A DNA stretch of 64,000 bases, taken from positions 124,001 to 188,000 of IMG/VR virus record IMGVR_UViG_3300034358_000008. The stretch is one strand, 5' to 3'. A program made the translations under genes and the position numbers. Of this stretch, positions 36,573 through 46,934 are shown piece by piece. The notes beneath the pieces were generated by a model that made no database searches, was not told the origin of the DNA, and worked only from the letters and a program-made list of their open reading frames with translations. The number at the start of each line of letters is the position of its first letter. Position 1 is the stretch's first letter.

Positions 36573-38519
36573 ATGTCCCTTTTTCACCTGAATAAATTCG
36601 TCACCGGCAATGAAGATTTTGCCGATGCACATGAGCCATTGAATGATGGCGTTAAAGAAGTCCCTAATGCCCAGACCGTAGCCGCCAGTACCAAAACTGG
36701 GGACGTTGGTACAGACACCAATAGTCAGGGTCCAGCGAAAGTAATTCCAGAAAAGGAAGATACTGACGATGTCACAGAGAAGCAGTTCGATACCGTTAAA
36801 GAATCCGCAGAAGGCGGATCTGAATCCACCCCAGCTAAACCTGCCGGAGAAACGTCGGAATCGAAACCTACTCCTCCTCCAGCTAAGCCAGCTGAAAGTG
36901 CCGAAGGTAGCGAAACGGATTCCAGTGATGGGACAACTAAGCCACCGCCTTTCGTAAAGAAAGATGATGCTGAAGATTCCGAGGTTGAAGCTGATGAGCC
37001 AAAACTGGAACACGATACGGCTGAAGCGACTGATTCTGAAATCAAGAAAACAGAAGCTGCAACCAACTCGCTCGAAGACTATGCCAAATTCGCTGGTCGA
37101 TACGACATCATCGGTTACCCTCGCCGAGATCAAGACCGTCTTCGCAACACAATCGGTTTTATTAACCGTCGTGCTGGCAAGTCTGGTACTGTAACTAAGT
37201 TGAGTCTCGAGTGCATCAGTGAAGCTGTTACCACTGGTAAGGCACGTCTGGAAAACCTGCGTGCCCAAGCTAGTCTTCATGCTGCTCGTAAAGTATCGTC
37301 TGAGAACTACGGGGCTGTAGTTGATCACGCTGTCTGTGGTGAACCAACTGCTCACGGTAATCCGCCATTGGAACCGATTGTTGCAGAACAGCTTACTGAA
37401 GTCGAAACCGACGCAATGGATCTTCCTGAGATTGCTGAGATCGGTCGTATTCAAGAAGCGGTACAAACACTGCAAGGTGCCGGCGTAGCTATTGAACAAC
37501 ACTTAGCTATCCTGCGTTCTAATAAACGCGTCTCTAAACAGGCTGCTGCTGTACTGCAAGCTGGCCTGGAACACATCGACCATATTTGCGGTCTGAAGGT
37601 TCGTGCTACAGGTATGGAAGGTTATCTGACCACTCCACGTGCTGCTTGCGAAGAAGCCGATATTAACGAGAAGTCTCTGACTGACCGCGCTGGTGAGATC
37701 GGTGCTAAGATCATGCATTTTGTGCGTAAGCTGATTAGCATGGCCGAAGAAATTTGGAGTAAGTATCAGACAGGTGTAGAGGCTACACGTAAACGACTGG
37801 AAGCACTCGAAGCTAAAATCAAGGATGTAACGGATGAAGGCAGCGGGCAGAAAATCGTTCTGAACAATCCAAGCGAATTCATGTTCATTCGTGATGAGTT
37901 CGTAGGTCTCGAGACACCGGTCGAAACCCTACAGGCCTTTGAGTTGATTCACAGGTCTTATATTGAAGCAGATCGCGGGATCGTGTCGACTATGCTCGCA
38001 GATTGCCGTCACGCTGATGATGTACAAGATTTGGTGGGCCATATTGAAATGCGCCTTGATCGATTTAAACGTGCTCGAGAAGTCCAGAATCTCGTGGTTC
38101 CGGGTAACTACATCGTTCGCGCAGTCGGCCCTATCCTCAGTCTCGGTAAAGCCGAAGATGCTCCTGAGACTCCAAACTCGGTTGAATTCGACGCTGATCT
38201 TAGTATCATTAAGACTAACCTCCGTGGTATCCATAAATTCCTGGATAATCTTAACCATGGTGATACGATTAACTTGCTTAAGAAGAAGAGTAACGATACC
38301 GTTAAGGTAATTGTCGATACACGTAAACGTCTGGGTGGCGAGTTTGATGAGATTGAGTTCCAGAAATTCCAAACTCGAGTGATTGAAGTTTTGAATGAAG
38401 TGTTTGATCTTAAGGTCTACTTCAAGGCAATGGGTGTATTTGCAAAGATCGCTCAGGCTCAATTGAACGTGGCCGAAGCTGTGTTAGCGGCTCATACCAA
38501 AAGTAGCTCCAAAGAGTAA
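36573..38519 (+). CDS. Internal head/inner-body protein (phiKZ gp93-95 family)
   Basis: 648 aa; long acidic/Pro-rich propeptide; SLE, SSE and GME sites. Confidence 0.7.
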   Translation: MSLFHLNKFVTGNEDFADAHEPLNDGVKEVPNAQTVAASTKTGDVGTDTNSQGPAKVIPEKEDTDDVTEKQFDTVKESAEGGSESTPAKPAGETSESKPTPPPAKPAESAEGSETDSSDGTTKPPPFVKKDDAEDSEVEADEPKLEHDTAEATDSEIKKTEAATNSLEDYAKFAGRYDIIGYPRRDQDRLRNTIGFINRRAGKSGTVTKLSLECISEAVTTGKARLENLRAQASLHAARKVSSENYGAVVDHAVCGEPTAHGNPPLEPIVAEQLTEVETDAMDLPEIAEIGRIQEAVQTLQGAGVAIEQHLAILRSNKRVSKQAAAVLQAGLEHIDHICGLKVRATGMEGYLTTPRAACEEADINEKSLTDRAGEIGAKIMHFVRKLISMAEEIWSKYQTGVEATRKRLEALEAKIKDVTDEGSGQKIVLNNPSEFMFIRDEFVGLETPVETLQAFELIHRSYIEADRGIVSTMLADCRHADDVQDLVGHIEMRLDRFKRAREVQNLVVPGNYIVRAVGPILSLGKAEDAPETPNSVEFDADLSIIKTNLRGIHKFLDNLNHGDTINLLKKKSNDTVKVIVDTRKRLGGEFDEIEFQKFQTRVIEVLNEVFDLKVYFKAMGVFAKIAQAQLNVAEAVLAAHTKSSSKE

Positions 38520-38528
38520 TCTTTCGTC

Positions 38529-38554
38529 GGGGAGGTTCGCCTCCCCTTCTTATT
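38529..38554 (+). terminator. Intrinsic terminator
   Basis: GGGGAGG-TTCG-CCTCCCC-TTCTTATT. Confidence 0.7.
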
Positions 38555-38572
38555 CAGTACAAGGTAAGTTAT

Positions 38573-39742
38573 ATGTCCGATGATACTCGCGAGAGTCACA
38601 CCCACCGCCCAGATGACGAAGCAGCTGATGACCATACAGCCGATGCTAACTTCATTCAGGATACAGTCCTAGAAGTAAATGAACTCATGGGCGTACGTAC
38701 CGCTCTTGAGCAATACCGGGACCAAGTAGCTGCTGCTGGCATTGACGGACTAGATCCAGTCGCCAAGCAGATCATGCGTGTTAACCTGCAACAACTCAAA
38801 CTTAGTCGTAATGCCATTGGTCTAGAATCTTTTGATCTGTCCAAAGACACCTTGTCAGTAGAAGACTTTGCTGAATCACTCAGTAATCTGGGTGAAAAGA
38901 TTATGGCCTTGATTAACCGTCTCATTGAGATGGCTAAACAGTTCGCTACGAAGATGATGGCAGGCCTTGAAACAGTTAAGACCCAAGCTGAAGAACTGAT
39001 GGACTCGATCCGCAATAAGAAGCGTGGTCCAGCCAAACGTGTTTCCCAAGAGTTCCATGAAGGTGATCAAACCATCACCATCGATAACCCAGGCATTCTG
39101 TTTGCTAATGGTAAGTTCTGCCTTGATGATTGTCGTGCAGAGCAAGAAGTGATCAAGTTCTTTATTCAGCAATGGCCTAAGTATGCCATCGAACAAATCA
39201 GCCGCGCTAAGAAAATGGTTGGTGAGTACGATGTTGAATCTGGTAACTCTGAGAACTTTGAATCCAACGCTGGGTTCATTGGTAACCACGAGTCCTTGGT
39301 TAAAGGTATTACTGAAGCAGTATTGCCGGGTAACAAAGAGATCGCCTTTAAATACGTTGCGCTTGGTCCTGAGTTGGTTGACTCCGAACATGCTACCAAA
39401 CCTCCTGCATCGCATACGTACGAGGTTCGTACCGAAGTTGAGATGACTGGTACGCTGCGTAAGAACGTTGCTACCATGAACGCTCTGGGTTCGATGTACA
39501 AGGAAGAAGCTGCTGTACTGCAAGAGATGTCTACGCTGGCCGAATCCCTTAACAAGCTGGAAGGTCGCCGTGGTGAAACCATCTTTAAAGGTGCACGTGA
39601 TGCTTTGGATGCTATCTCGAATATGATGATGGATCTGATCACCCGCCTCAAGCCTAACTACGATCCGATCGTCCGTCACTTGGCTCGTGTGGGTACAGCC
39701 CGTAACGCGGCAGTTCGTAAAGAATTCGACGCTGCGGTCTAA
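38573..39742 (+). CDS. Internal head protein (phiKZ gp93-95 family)
   Basis: 389 aa; GLESF and SVED sites followed by the family's amphipathic helix. Confidence 0.7.
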   Translation: MSDDTRESHTHRPDDEAADDHTADANFIQDTVLEVNELMGVRTALEQYRDQVAAAGIDGLDPVAKQIMRVNLQQLKLSRNAIGLESFDLSKDTLSVEDFAESLSNLGEKIMALINRLIEMAKQFATKMMAGLETVKTQAEELMDSIRNKKRGPAKRVSQEFHEGDQTITIDNPGILFANGKFCLDDCRAEQEVIKFFIQQWPKYAIEQISRAKKMVGEYDVESGNSENFESNAGFIGNHESLVKGITEAVLPGNKEIAFKYVALGPELVDSEHATKPPASHTYEVRTEVEMTGTLRKNVATMNALGSMYKEEAAVLQEMSTLAESLNKLEGRRGETIFKGARDALDAISNMMMDLITRLKPNYDPIVRHLARVGTARNAAVRKEFDAAV

Positions 39743-39772
39743 TCCTATAATCCCATCCTGAGGAATTTACAC

Positions 39773-41107
39773 ATGAGTTTGTTTAAAGATGCAATGGCTG
39801 AAGGTGGCGTAAGCGTGGAAGATTTCCAAGATGCCCCTCCAGCAGAACTGATGGTCGAAGAAACCATTGTTAGTCCAACCGATAATCCTTCGGTTAGTAT
39901 TCCTATTACTGCTCCAATCGATACCCCTATCGTTGAAGAACCAGTAGCTCCAATCGAAGACATCCCAGTTACTAACGCTGAAGTCATGATTGAGCAAACC
40001 GTTTGTGAGCACACCGCTCTGCAAGAGAAAGCAGACCAGTTGATCGCTATGCAGACAGCTATGGAATCGTATCGTACCATCGTCCGGGAAACTGGCTTCA
40101 ATGGTATCGATTCTACCGCAGCTAAAATGCTGCAAGTACAGCTGCGTGAAGCGGCTCGTGTTCTGGGTATCTCGTCTAAGATTGGTTCCATGGAATCCTT
40201 CTCTGCTAAGGGTCCTCGTGAACAACATGAACTGGCTACTGTATCGTTGGAAGACATCAAGTCTGCCAGTAAGCATGCCTTGCAGAAGTTCATGGAAATC
40301 GTTAACAAGATCATTGAGTTCATCAAACGTGCCGGCCAAAACTTTTTCGATGGTGTTAGCCAAGTAGAACGGGCTATTACTGAACTGGACGGTAAGCTGT
40401 CTAAGATCAAAGTTGCTGGTGGTGAAGGTACGTTCAAATGTAACGCTGGTATCCTTAAAACTGGTGATACCTTCGATCGTGAAGTATCTCCTGATATCCA
40501 TGGTCTGGCCCATTTCGCATCTTATGCTTATCCTGAAGCAATCGTTAAGTTCCTTGACGGTATGACCAAAGGCGTTCTTAAGTTTGATGCTGATGGTGCA
40601 GGTACCGCTGAGGTAGACGCCTTCTTTGAACAGTATTCCAAACCACTGCAATTCTTGTTCGACCAACAAGCAGATAAAGATGTACTGCCTGGTGGTTACA
40701 AAATGGACATCAGTGAACATGGTCTGGCAATCGGTATCAGTGTAGCTGAAGCACCGTCCGGTGAGGCAGAGGATCTTCCAGTACTACCTACCACTACCTT
40801 GCGTAAGTTGGTACGTGACATGAAAGCACTGCTCGTTCAACTGAAAGAGATTCGCCCAGAGTCTGAGAAGATTTCCCAGTCGGGTAAGAAACTGGTTGAA
40901 GCCGTTAAGCGTGCTATTGCTAAAGGTGGTGAAGGTAACGAAGCTGCCTACAATGAACTGGCTTTGAAAGTTGGTAAGATGGTACAAGAGTCTGCACCTC
41001 GTTCGGGTGAGATCATCGACTACGTTATCAAGTATGCCAAAGCACACTGCGTTGCAATTGGTCAACAGATCAAGGTTATTGAGTCTGGCTCCAAAGCTGA
41101 AGCATAA
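39773..41107 (+). CDS. Internal head protein (phiKZ gp93-95 family)
   Basis: 444 aa; SVED, SMESF and VSLED sites. Confidence 0.7.
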   Translation: MSLFKDAMAEGGVSVEDFQDAPPAELMVEETIVSPTDNPSVSIPITAPIDTPIVEEPVAPIEDIPVTNAEVMIEQTVCEHTALQEKADQLIAMQTAMESYRTIVRETGFNGIDSTAAKMLQVQLREAARVLGISSKIGSMESFSAKGPREQHELATVSLEDIKSASKHALQKFMEIVNKIIEFIKRAGQNFFDGVSQVERAITELDGKLSKIKVAGGEGTFKCNAGILKTGDTFDREVSPDIHGLAHFASYAYPEAIVKFLDGMTKGVLKFDADGAGTAEVDAFFEQYSKPLQFLFDQQADKDVLPGGYKMDISEHGLAIGISVAEAPSGEAEDLPVLPTTTLRKLVRDMKALLVQLKEIRPESEKISQSGKKLVEAVKRAIAKGGEGNEAAYNELALKVGKMVQESAPRSGEIIDYVIKYAKAHCVAIGQQIKVIESGSKAEA

Positions 41108-41112
41108 TCTCG

Positions 41113-41141
41113 ACGGGGCACTTCGGTGCTCCGTTTTATTT
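41113..41141 (+). terminator. Intrinsic terminator
   Basis: ACGGGGCAC-TTCG-GTGCTCCGT-TTTATTT. Confidence 0.7.
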
Positions 41142-41151
41142 AGGTGTCGCT

Positions 41152-42261
41152 ATGACCGAAGACATTGAATACCAAGAACATCCAACTGAGGGGGTTCAGG
41201 CTAACCCTAAGGTACTGAGTGATCTACTGGAAGCTGATGATTTACTTGCTGCTGAGATCCTTACCTTAATCGGGTCTGTTGAACACTACCGTAATGATCG
41301 CCATCGTTCCACGAAGCAGTTCACCTTGGGCTTAGAAGCCGAAGAAGAACATGGGATGTTTATGCGCTTGCTCGATAGCCTTATTACATTCCTGATCCGT
41401 ATGGTTAAAGACGTAACTGATGGCAGCATGGGCTTGAGCATTAACTTAGCCAAGATCATCAACCGTGCAGAACAGATCAACACTACGTCCCGTGCTAACC
41501 GACGTACCAACAAAGATGGTAAGTTCAAAATAGAGACCCGTGTCTCGAACTTGTCTATCAACTACAAAACGATCAATGATCCACAACGGATTCTGATGTA
41601 TCTGAAATCTGAGGATCAAATCGTCCGTAAGTATTTCCGTTACCAAGATGAAGAACTGCTTAAGATCGTTCCTGCGATTATGTCCCTTCGTCCAACCGAT
41701 GATCGTGCAGTTGAAGTATTGGCGAGTCTGTTGAGTAACGTAAGTCCATTGGGCTTTGCTAAGGTTAACGGCTTTAGTGATCGTGGTTCTCGTTTAGTGG
41801 GCCCACACATGTTGGGTAACCAACAGCTGATCGTACTGGATAAGAATCCAACGGGTGAATTCCATGAACAACTGATCGGTCAAGAGTTCCTATTGCAACC
41901 TTCGGATGCTGAGCCTAAAATTCCTCCTGCATATATCGAGTTCGATGTATTTGCGAAGACCATTGAGCAAAGCATTCTTCGTCAGGTAATTGCAACGGCA
42001 ACTGACTTATCCAGTAAGACCGGCGTAATCTCTCGTGCCCGTAGAGCTAGTCGTATCGGTGAGCTGGTTAAGTATCTGGAGAGAATCCGTAAGGACGTAG
42101 CTTCTGGTGCTTATCAAGGTGCTGACTTGCAAGCTGCTACTAATTTCATTCTACTGTTGGAAGCTTTCGACAACTGGTTGGTTAACCCATACCTCAGTCT
42201 GTTGTCATTGATGGTACGCAATATGTCTGCCGTCTTGAACGTTTGCGAAGCCAACAACTAA
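41152..42261 (+). CDS. Virion head protein (phiKZ gp96-like)
   Basis: 369 aa; GLE site at about residue 60; synteny. Confidence 0.65.
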   Translation: MTEDIEYQEHPTEGVQANPKVLSDLLEADDLLAAEILTLIGSVEHYRNDRHRSTKQFTLGLEAEEEHGMFMRLLDSLITFLIRMVKDVTDGSMGLSINLAKIINRAEQINTTSRANRRTNKDGKFKIETRVSNLSINYKTINDPQRILMYLKSEDQIVRKYFRYQDEELLKIVPAIMSLRPTDDRAVEVLASLLSNVSPLGFAKVNGFSDRGSRLVGPHMLGNQQLIVLDKNPTGEFHEQLIGQEFLLQPSDAEPKIPPAYIEFDVFAKTIEQSILRQVIATATDLSSKTGVISRARRASRIGELVKYLERIRKDVASGAYQGADLQAATNFILLLEAFDNWLVNPYLSLLSLMVRNMSAVLNVCEANN

Positions 42262-42362
42262 CCACATTGCTGACTTATTATCTGATAGTATAAATTCGTC
42301 CCGTGGTTAGGTGGAGGACGAACTTCCTAACCACATTAAGCAATACTACAAAGGTAAACAAC

Positions 42363-45188
42363 ATGTTGAAAGTGACTTCCCAAAATCTTTTCTCTGTGTC
42401 TCTTGAAGACCATACGGAAGAGACCGCTAAGGAACTTGATGAACAAGGAGCGATCTCCACAGCCGATGCTGAGGAAGTAGTTGCTCCAATCACTCCTGAT
42501 GCGGATACAGCCGAGGCAGGTGATGATATTGGCCAAGCCACTCCGAAAGAAGAAATCGGAGCAGATGACAAAGCCGACATCACCCAAACCGTAACCGAAG
42601 ATGAGGTACCGCTCGATGGTGCTCCAGACGTAACTGCTACCACTGATGATAGTGGGCAGACTGCTGAGATGACCGAGCTGTTCCAAGAAGGCGAACAAGC
42701 CGCTGCTACTAAGGACGAAATCGTTCAAGAAGCTACAGCGGAAGTAACCGGCGGTGACGCTGGTGATGCAACAGATGTAAACGGTAATCCTGTTACCCCC
42801 GAACAAGCTTCGGTCAATGCTGAAGAAGATGCGACTGAAGACGAGATCGACGACGAGGTAGAAGAAGAAGCTGCCGCTAAAGATATCCATCAAGAAGCTG
42901 CTGAAGTTGATGAGAACTCCGATGAAGAACTCGGTGAAGCTATCAATGACAACACTGACGAAGCTGGTGAAGCAGGGGCAGAAGGCGAAGGTGGTGATCT
43001 AGGCGGTGACGCCGGTGGTGATCTGGGTGATGGTGGCGACGCAGCCGCTGGTACAGACGACTTGGGAGATCTAGGTGACGATACGGCTGACGATGATACG
43101 CCTTTGGAAGGCGCTGCTGACTTGGGTGATAGTACCGATACTACTACTGACGAGTCTACTACCGATGATGTGGATGCTACTGGTGCATCAACTGGTGATA
43201 CTGATAACGTTGATGGGACTGATGGTCTGGGCGATGCTGAGTCTACTACGGAAGACCCTTTGGTCGATACGGCATCCGAAACTGGCGACGTCGCAACTGA
43301 CGGGACTACTGAAACCGCACTCGACGAAACCGGTGGTGATACTTCTGATGTTACCGAAGAAGTCGAACAACAGAATGAAGCTGCTGACGTAACCGCTGAA
43401 GCTGCTAGCTCTGACGTAGATGAAACGGCCTTCATTGCTGACGAGACTCCAGAGCAAGAAGGTAACGTTCCTGAAACAGCTGATACTACTGTTGCTGATG
43501 ATACCAACGACGGTAGTGAAATTGTTGCTGAGGCAGAAGCTCCAGCTACTTCGGGTGATGACGTTTCGACTGCTACTTCTACCACTGAGGAAGAAGACAC
43601 TGAACTCGACGACGATACTCCACTGGAAGGTGCAGAAGACCTTGGTGTTGATGCTGAAACAGATCTGACTCCAGCTGGTCAAGACAATGGTGAAGAAGAC
43701 GCTACTGCGGCTACCGTAGAAGAGTCCACCACTGATCAAACTGCTGAAGACCTGCAAGACGGGTTGGATGACGTATCTGCTGCAACTGCTGAGGTAGAAG
43801 AAGATGCCGGTGAACCTGTTGACACAACTACTGAAGAGACTGCTGATACCACTGGCGATGAAGTCACTGAAGAAACTGATGCTGTGGACGTTGAAGGTGG
43901 AGAAGTCGAAGCAACTGAAGAAGAAGCTGACTTTGATGCTGGTGAAGTTGACATCAAGGACGTAGACACTAGCACTACTGACGAAGACGTAGAAGAGGCT
44001 ATGGCCAACGCTGCTGAAGTTGGTGAGTGGGGTGATGCGGACGAGAAAGAAGCTGATATCGGTGACAAGACTATCGAAGAACTTCAGAAAGAGAAAGAAT
44101 CTCTGGAAGTGTTCCGAGTGCTGTTGGAAGACGGTATTGCTAACGAGAAATACGATCCGGGTCTGTTGGCTTATATGAACGGTACTATGGAACCACTTCG
44201 TAAGAAGCTGGCTGCATTGGACGCTCACTTCGAAGACAAGATTTCGGGTAAGGTATCGCTTGAGATGTATGGTCCTAAGGATATGGATCTGGCTTATCGT
44301 GCAACTCTGGAATCTTTCCAAGGCATGGTATCCCGCATCACTACCGTTACTACTGGCATTGCTCACAAGATCGAGAAATGGTGGTCACGTGGTTTGGTTG
44401 ACAAAGTTGTAGCTCGTGCCGACGCACTGGATAAACAGATCGACCTGTGCCTGACGCAACTGAAAGATGCTGATTACTCTACCAAAGACATCACTGGTGT
44501 TCGTGGTTACTTGTCTACTAGTGAAACCAATCTGGTTAAAGCTGTGGGTGAAGACCTTAAGCTGACCACTGATATTTCCATCAAGGGTATCAAGGCTTCT
44601 GAAGGTTTGCAGGGTACAGTCGTAAAAGCTTTGAACGACATCATCTCGGCTGGTAATGAGAAAGAAATCGATCGTGCTTTGGATGGTCTGGCTGATTTGA
44701 AAGGTACTAAGGAATCTTTCCCAAGTGCTGCATTCACTACTGGCTTGCTGGGTGGTTGGAAACTAGAGATCCGTGAGGCCTCTGGCACTGATCGTACAGA
44801 CCGAATTGAAGCACTGGGTCATACCGGTATTCCCGTAGGCGTTAAGTCTGGTAAAGCTGGTGACGGCTCCACCTACAAACTGTCTAAGGGTGATATCGCT
44901 AACCTGTTGAAGTTCGCTAAGACCTACGTTGGCGTTGCTCGTAAGTTGGCTAATACCACCGGTGATCGTGCTGTAGAGATCTCTACCAAAGTTCGTACTA
45001 CTCGTAACCGTGCTCTACCTGTAACGGCTGATACTCGTGTACGTGGCGATGAACATGGTGTTGATGCTGCGGCTACCACAATGAAGTTGTTGGCCCAAGC
45101 TCACTTGGATCTGTACAAGTTCATCACTAAGCATTGCGTTGAAGTTGCTGACGCATGCTGCATGGTTGCTAAGAAAGCAATCAAGTAA
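42363..45188 (+). CDS. Inner-body protein with very long acidic propeptide (phiKZ gp97-like)
   Basis: ATG at 42363 after AAGG; ~570-aa D/E/T/A/G-rich region; VSLED, VSLEM and TLES sites before a ~290-aa basic mature domain. Confidence 0.75.
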   Translation: MLKVTSQNLFSVSLEDHTEETAKELDEQGAISTADAEEVVAPITPDADTAEAGDDIGQATPKEEIGADDKADITQTVTEDEVPLDGAPDVTATTDDSGQTAEMTELFQEGEQAAATKDEIVQEATAEVTGGDAGDATDVNGNPVTPEQASVNAEEDATEDEIDDEVEEEAAAKDIHQEAAEVDENSDEELGEAINDNTDEAGEAGAEGEGGDLGGDAGGDLGDGGDAAAGTDDLGDLGDDTADDDTPLEGAADLGDSTDTTTDESTTDDVDATGASTGDTDNVDGTDGLGDAESTTEDPLVDTASETGDVATDGTTETALDETGGDTSDVTEEVEQQNEAADVTAEAASSDVDETAFIADETPEQEGNVPETADTTVADDTNDGSEIVAEAEAPATSGDDVSTATSTTEEEDTELDDDTPLEGAEDLGVDAETDLTPAGQDNGEEDATAATVEESTTDQTAEDLQDGLDDVSAATAEVEEDAGEPVDTTTEETADTTGDEVTEETDAVDVEGGEVEATEEEADFDAGEVDIKDVDTSTTDEDVEEAMANAAEVGEWGDADEKEADIGDKTIEELQKEKESLEVFRVLLEDGIANEKYDPGLLAYMNGTMEPLRKKLAALDAHFEDKISGKVSLEMYGPKDMDLAYRATLESFQGMVSRITTVTTGIAHKIEKWWSRGLVDKVVARADALDKQIDLCLTQLKDADYSTKDITGVRGYLSTSETNLVKAVGEDLKLTTDISIKGIKASEGLQGTVVKALNDIISAGNEKEIDRALDGLADLKGTKESFPSAAFTTGLLGGWKLEIREASGTDRTDRIEALGHTGIPVGVKSGKAGDGSTYKLSKGDIANLLKFAKTYVGVARKLANTTGDRAVEISTKVRTTRNRALPVTADTRVRGDEHGVDAAATTMKLLAQAHLDLYKFITKHCVEVADACCMVAKKAIK

Positions 45189-45258
45189 ACATAAGTCCCC
45201 TACCTTCGGGTAGGGGTTTATGCCGGATCTTATGATCTTTTTAATTGAGGGCTACACC

Positions 45259-46923
45259 ATGGCCTCCGCCGTTATTGTTCTACCAGACGTATACGAAACC
45301 ATCATGCGTTCCGTATCTGTAAGTGCTGTGAGTCAGATTGCGACCTTCATGGGTCTGCCTCCTGAGACTAACGTATATTTCCCCGGACGTACTGAAACCG
45401 TTCCAATGAACGACGGTATGTTTGGTAACTGTTGTGAAACAGCCAACGCTGTACACTTTGATCCAGAGACTCGGATTGAAGTAACCTACGAAGAAATGAC
45501 TGAAGAGAACTTCACATTATCGACATCGGTTAAAACTCAAGAGAACTACCCGATCTTTATTGATGAGACTCGTGGAATTGTAGTTCGACCAGTACGACGT
45601 TTTATTGACTTCCGTATTGATATCCGTTATCAAGCCCCTAACGTTGTAATTGCACAACGCTGGTTAGATGACATGCGTATCCGGTTGTCCCAAGGTGTAG
45701 GTGATTTGACCTTTGCTCTAGAGTACCACTACAACATCCCTCATCCGATGATGGCTCTGTTCAAAGGACTCTACGACACCATGGAGAAATCTGCATGGCC
45801 AAGCGGTAAGGAGTTCAAAGACTGGTTGAATGAACGGTTTATCCAACCAACCACTGATATGGTGACCTACACGGGCACACACCCTCAGCTGTCGGTCTAT
45901 GAGCGTCAAGTGGATGTCGTGGGTCACTTCGACTTTATCAACACCCCAGAGACACCACAGCCCGTTTCAGATAAGGCGGGTGCATACGAAGTTAACTTCA
46001 GTTACATCTGTCGTTATGATCGCCCTACACATCTGTACATCGAATATCCGATGGTTGTGCATCAATGTCCTATCCCTAAGTTGTTCCGTCCTGAAGCTCC
46101 GCTGTATCTAAACTATCAACAGGTAGATCGGAAGACGACTAACCTGAGGGGTTCGTTAGAACATGCGTTCATTCTAGCACAACGTCGAGGCTTGCCTTAT
46201 ATCCAGTATCCCGATGTAGATGAATGGGTAGCTCCTGATGAGTTCCCTGAACATCTTACATTCTTTACTGGTTTGATTGCATTGGATTGCGATGACCTCA
46301 AATACGTCATGGACTTTAAGTCCTTGGGTAGGTTTACCTTTAGCCCACACGTCTTAGAGTTCTTTGAGTCTGTCGGTTCAAAGGCATTTGTTGAAGGCGG
46401 GTTGTTCAACATCAGACTGTATCGTAATGGCGAACGTCATCGTGTACCGTTGGTAATGGAACCTGGAACACTCAAGCTTAAGACCGAGCGTGACCTTGAT
46501 CCACATTACTACTACCATGTTCAGATCTCTGTGAATGGTGATTGGTTGACTGTTCCTAATTACTACTGGCAAGGGATGCGTCGTTACCCTACCGTACTGT
46601 GGCAACTAGCTCGAATGTTCTATACCTGCTTTGGTCGTGAACCTATCGAGAAGATGAAACTGTTAGGTGTGGGTCGAACCCGTAGTGTCGATACTGACTG
46701 GCCCGGTGAAGGTACCACCAATTGGACTAAAGACGTTCCGGCTTACCGTACTGGTATTGTCAAGATGTCCGACATCCACTGTGCTCAGATTCAACGCGGT
46801 GATACCAACCCCGATGAGACAGGTCCTAACGGTCCAGGCGGTGGGATGATCGGTCGTGATAACTGGGGTCCAACCAACGTGCTTTACGCCGGCATCATTG
46901 CCGATCGTAAACCGCAACAATAG
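45259..46923 (+). CDS. Virion structural protein (phiKZ gp98-like)
   Basis: ATG at 45259 after GAGG; synteny. Confidence 0.65.
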   Translation: MASAVIVLPDVYETIMRSVSVSAVSQIATFMGLPPETNVYFPGRTETVPMNDGMFGNCCETANAVHFDPETRIEVTYEEMTEENFTLSTSVKTQENYPIFIDETRGIVVRPVRRFIDFRIDIRYQAPNVVIAQRWLDDMRIRLSQGVGDLTFALEYHYNIPHPMMALFKGLYDTMEKSAWPSGKEFKDWLNERFIQPTTDMVTYTGTHPQLSVYERQVDVVGHFDFINTPETPQPVSDKAGAYEVNFSYICRYDRPTHLYIEYPMVVHQCPIPKLFRPEAPLYLNYQQVDRKTTNLRGSLEHAFILAQRRGLPYIQYPDVDEWVAPDEFPEHLTFFTGLIALDCDDLKYVMDFKSLGRFTFSPHVLEFFESVGSKAFVEGGLFNIRLYRNGERHRVPLVMEPGTLKLKTERDLDPHYYYHVQISVNGDWLTVPNYYWQGMRRYPTVLWQLARMFYTCFGREPIEKMKLLGVGRTRSVDTDWPGEGTTNWTKDVPAYRTGIVKMSDIHCAQIQRGDTNPDETGPNGPGGGMIGRDNWGPTNVLYAGIIADRKPQQ

Positions 46924-46934
46924 AGGACAGCTAA

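Noticed and set aside
42900-44050. Tandem repeat or CRISPR-like array
   Set aside because: Low-complexity coding sequence with no fixed repeat-spacer period
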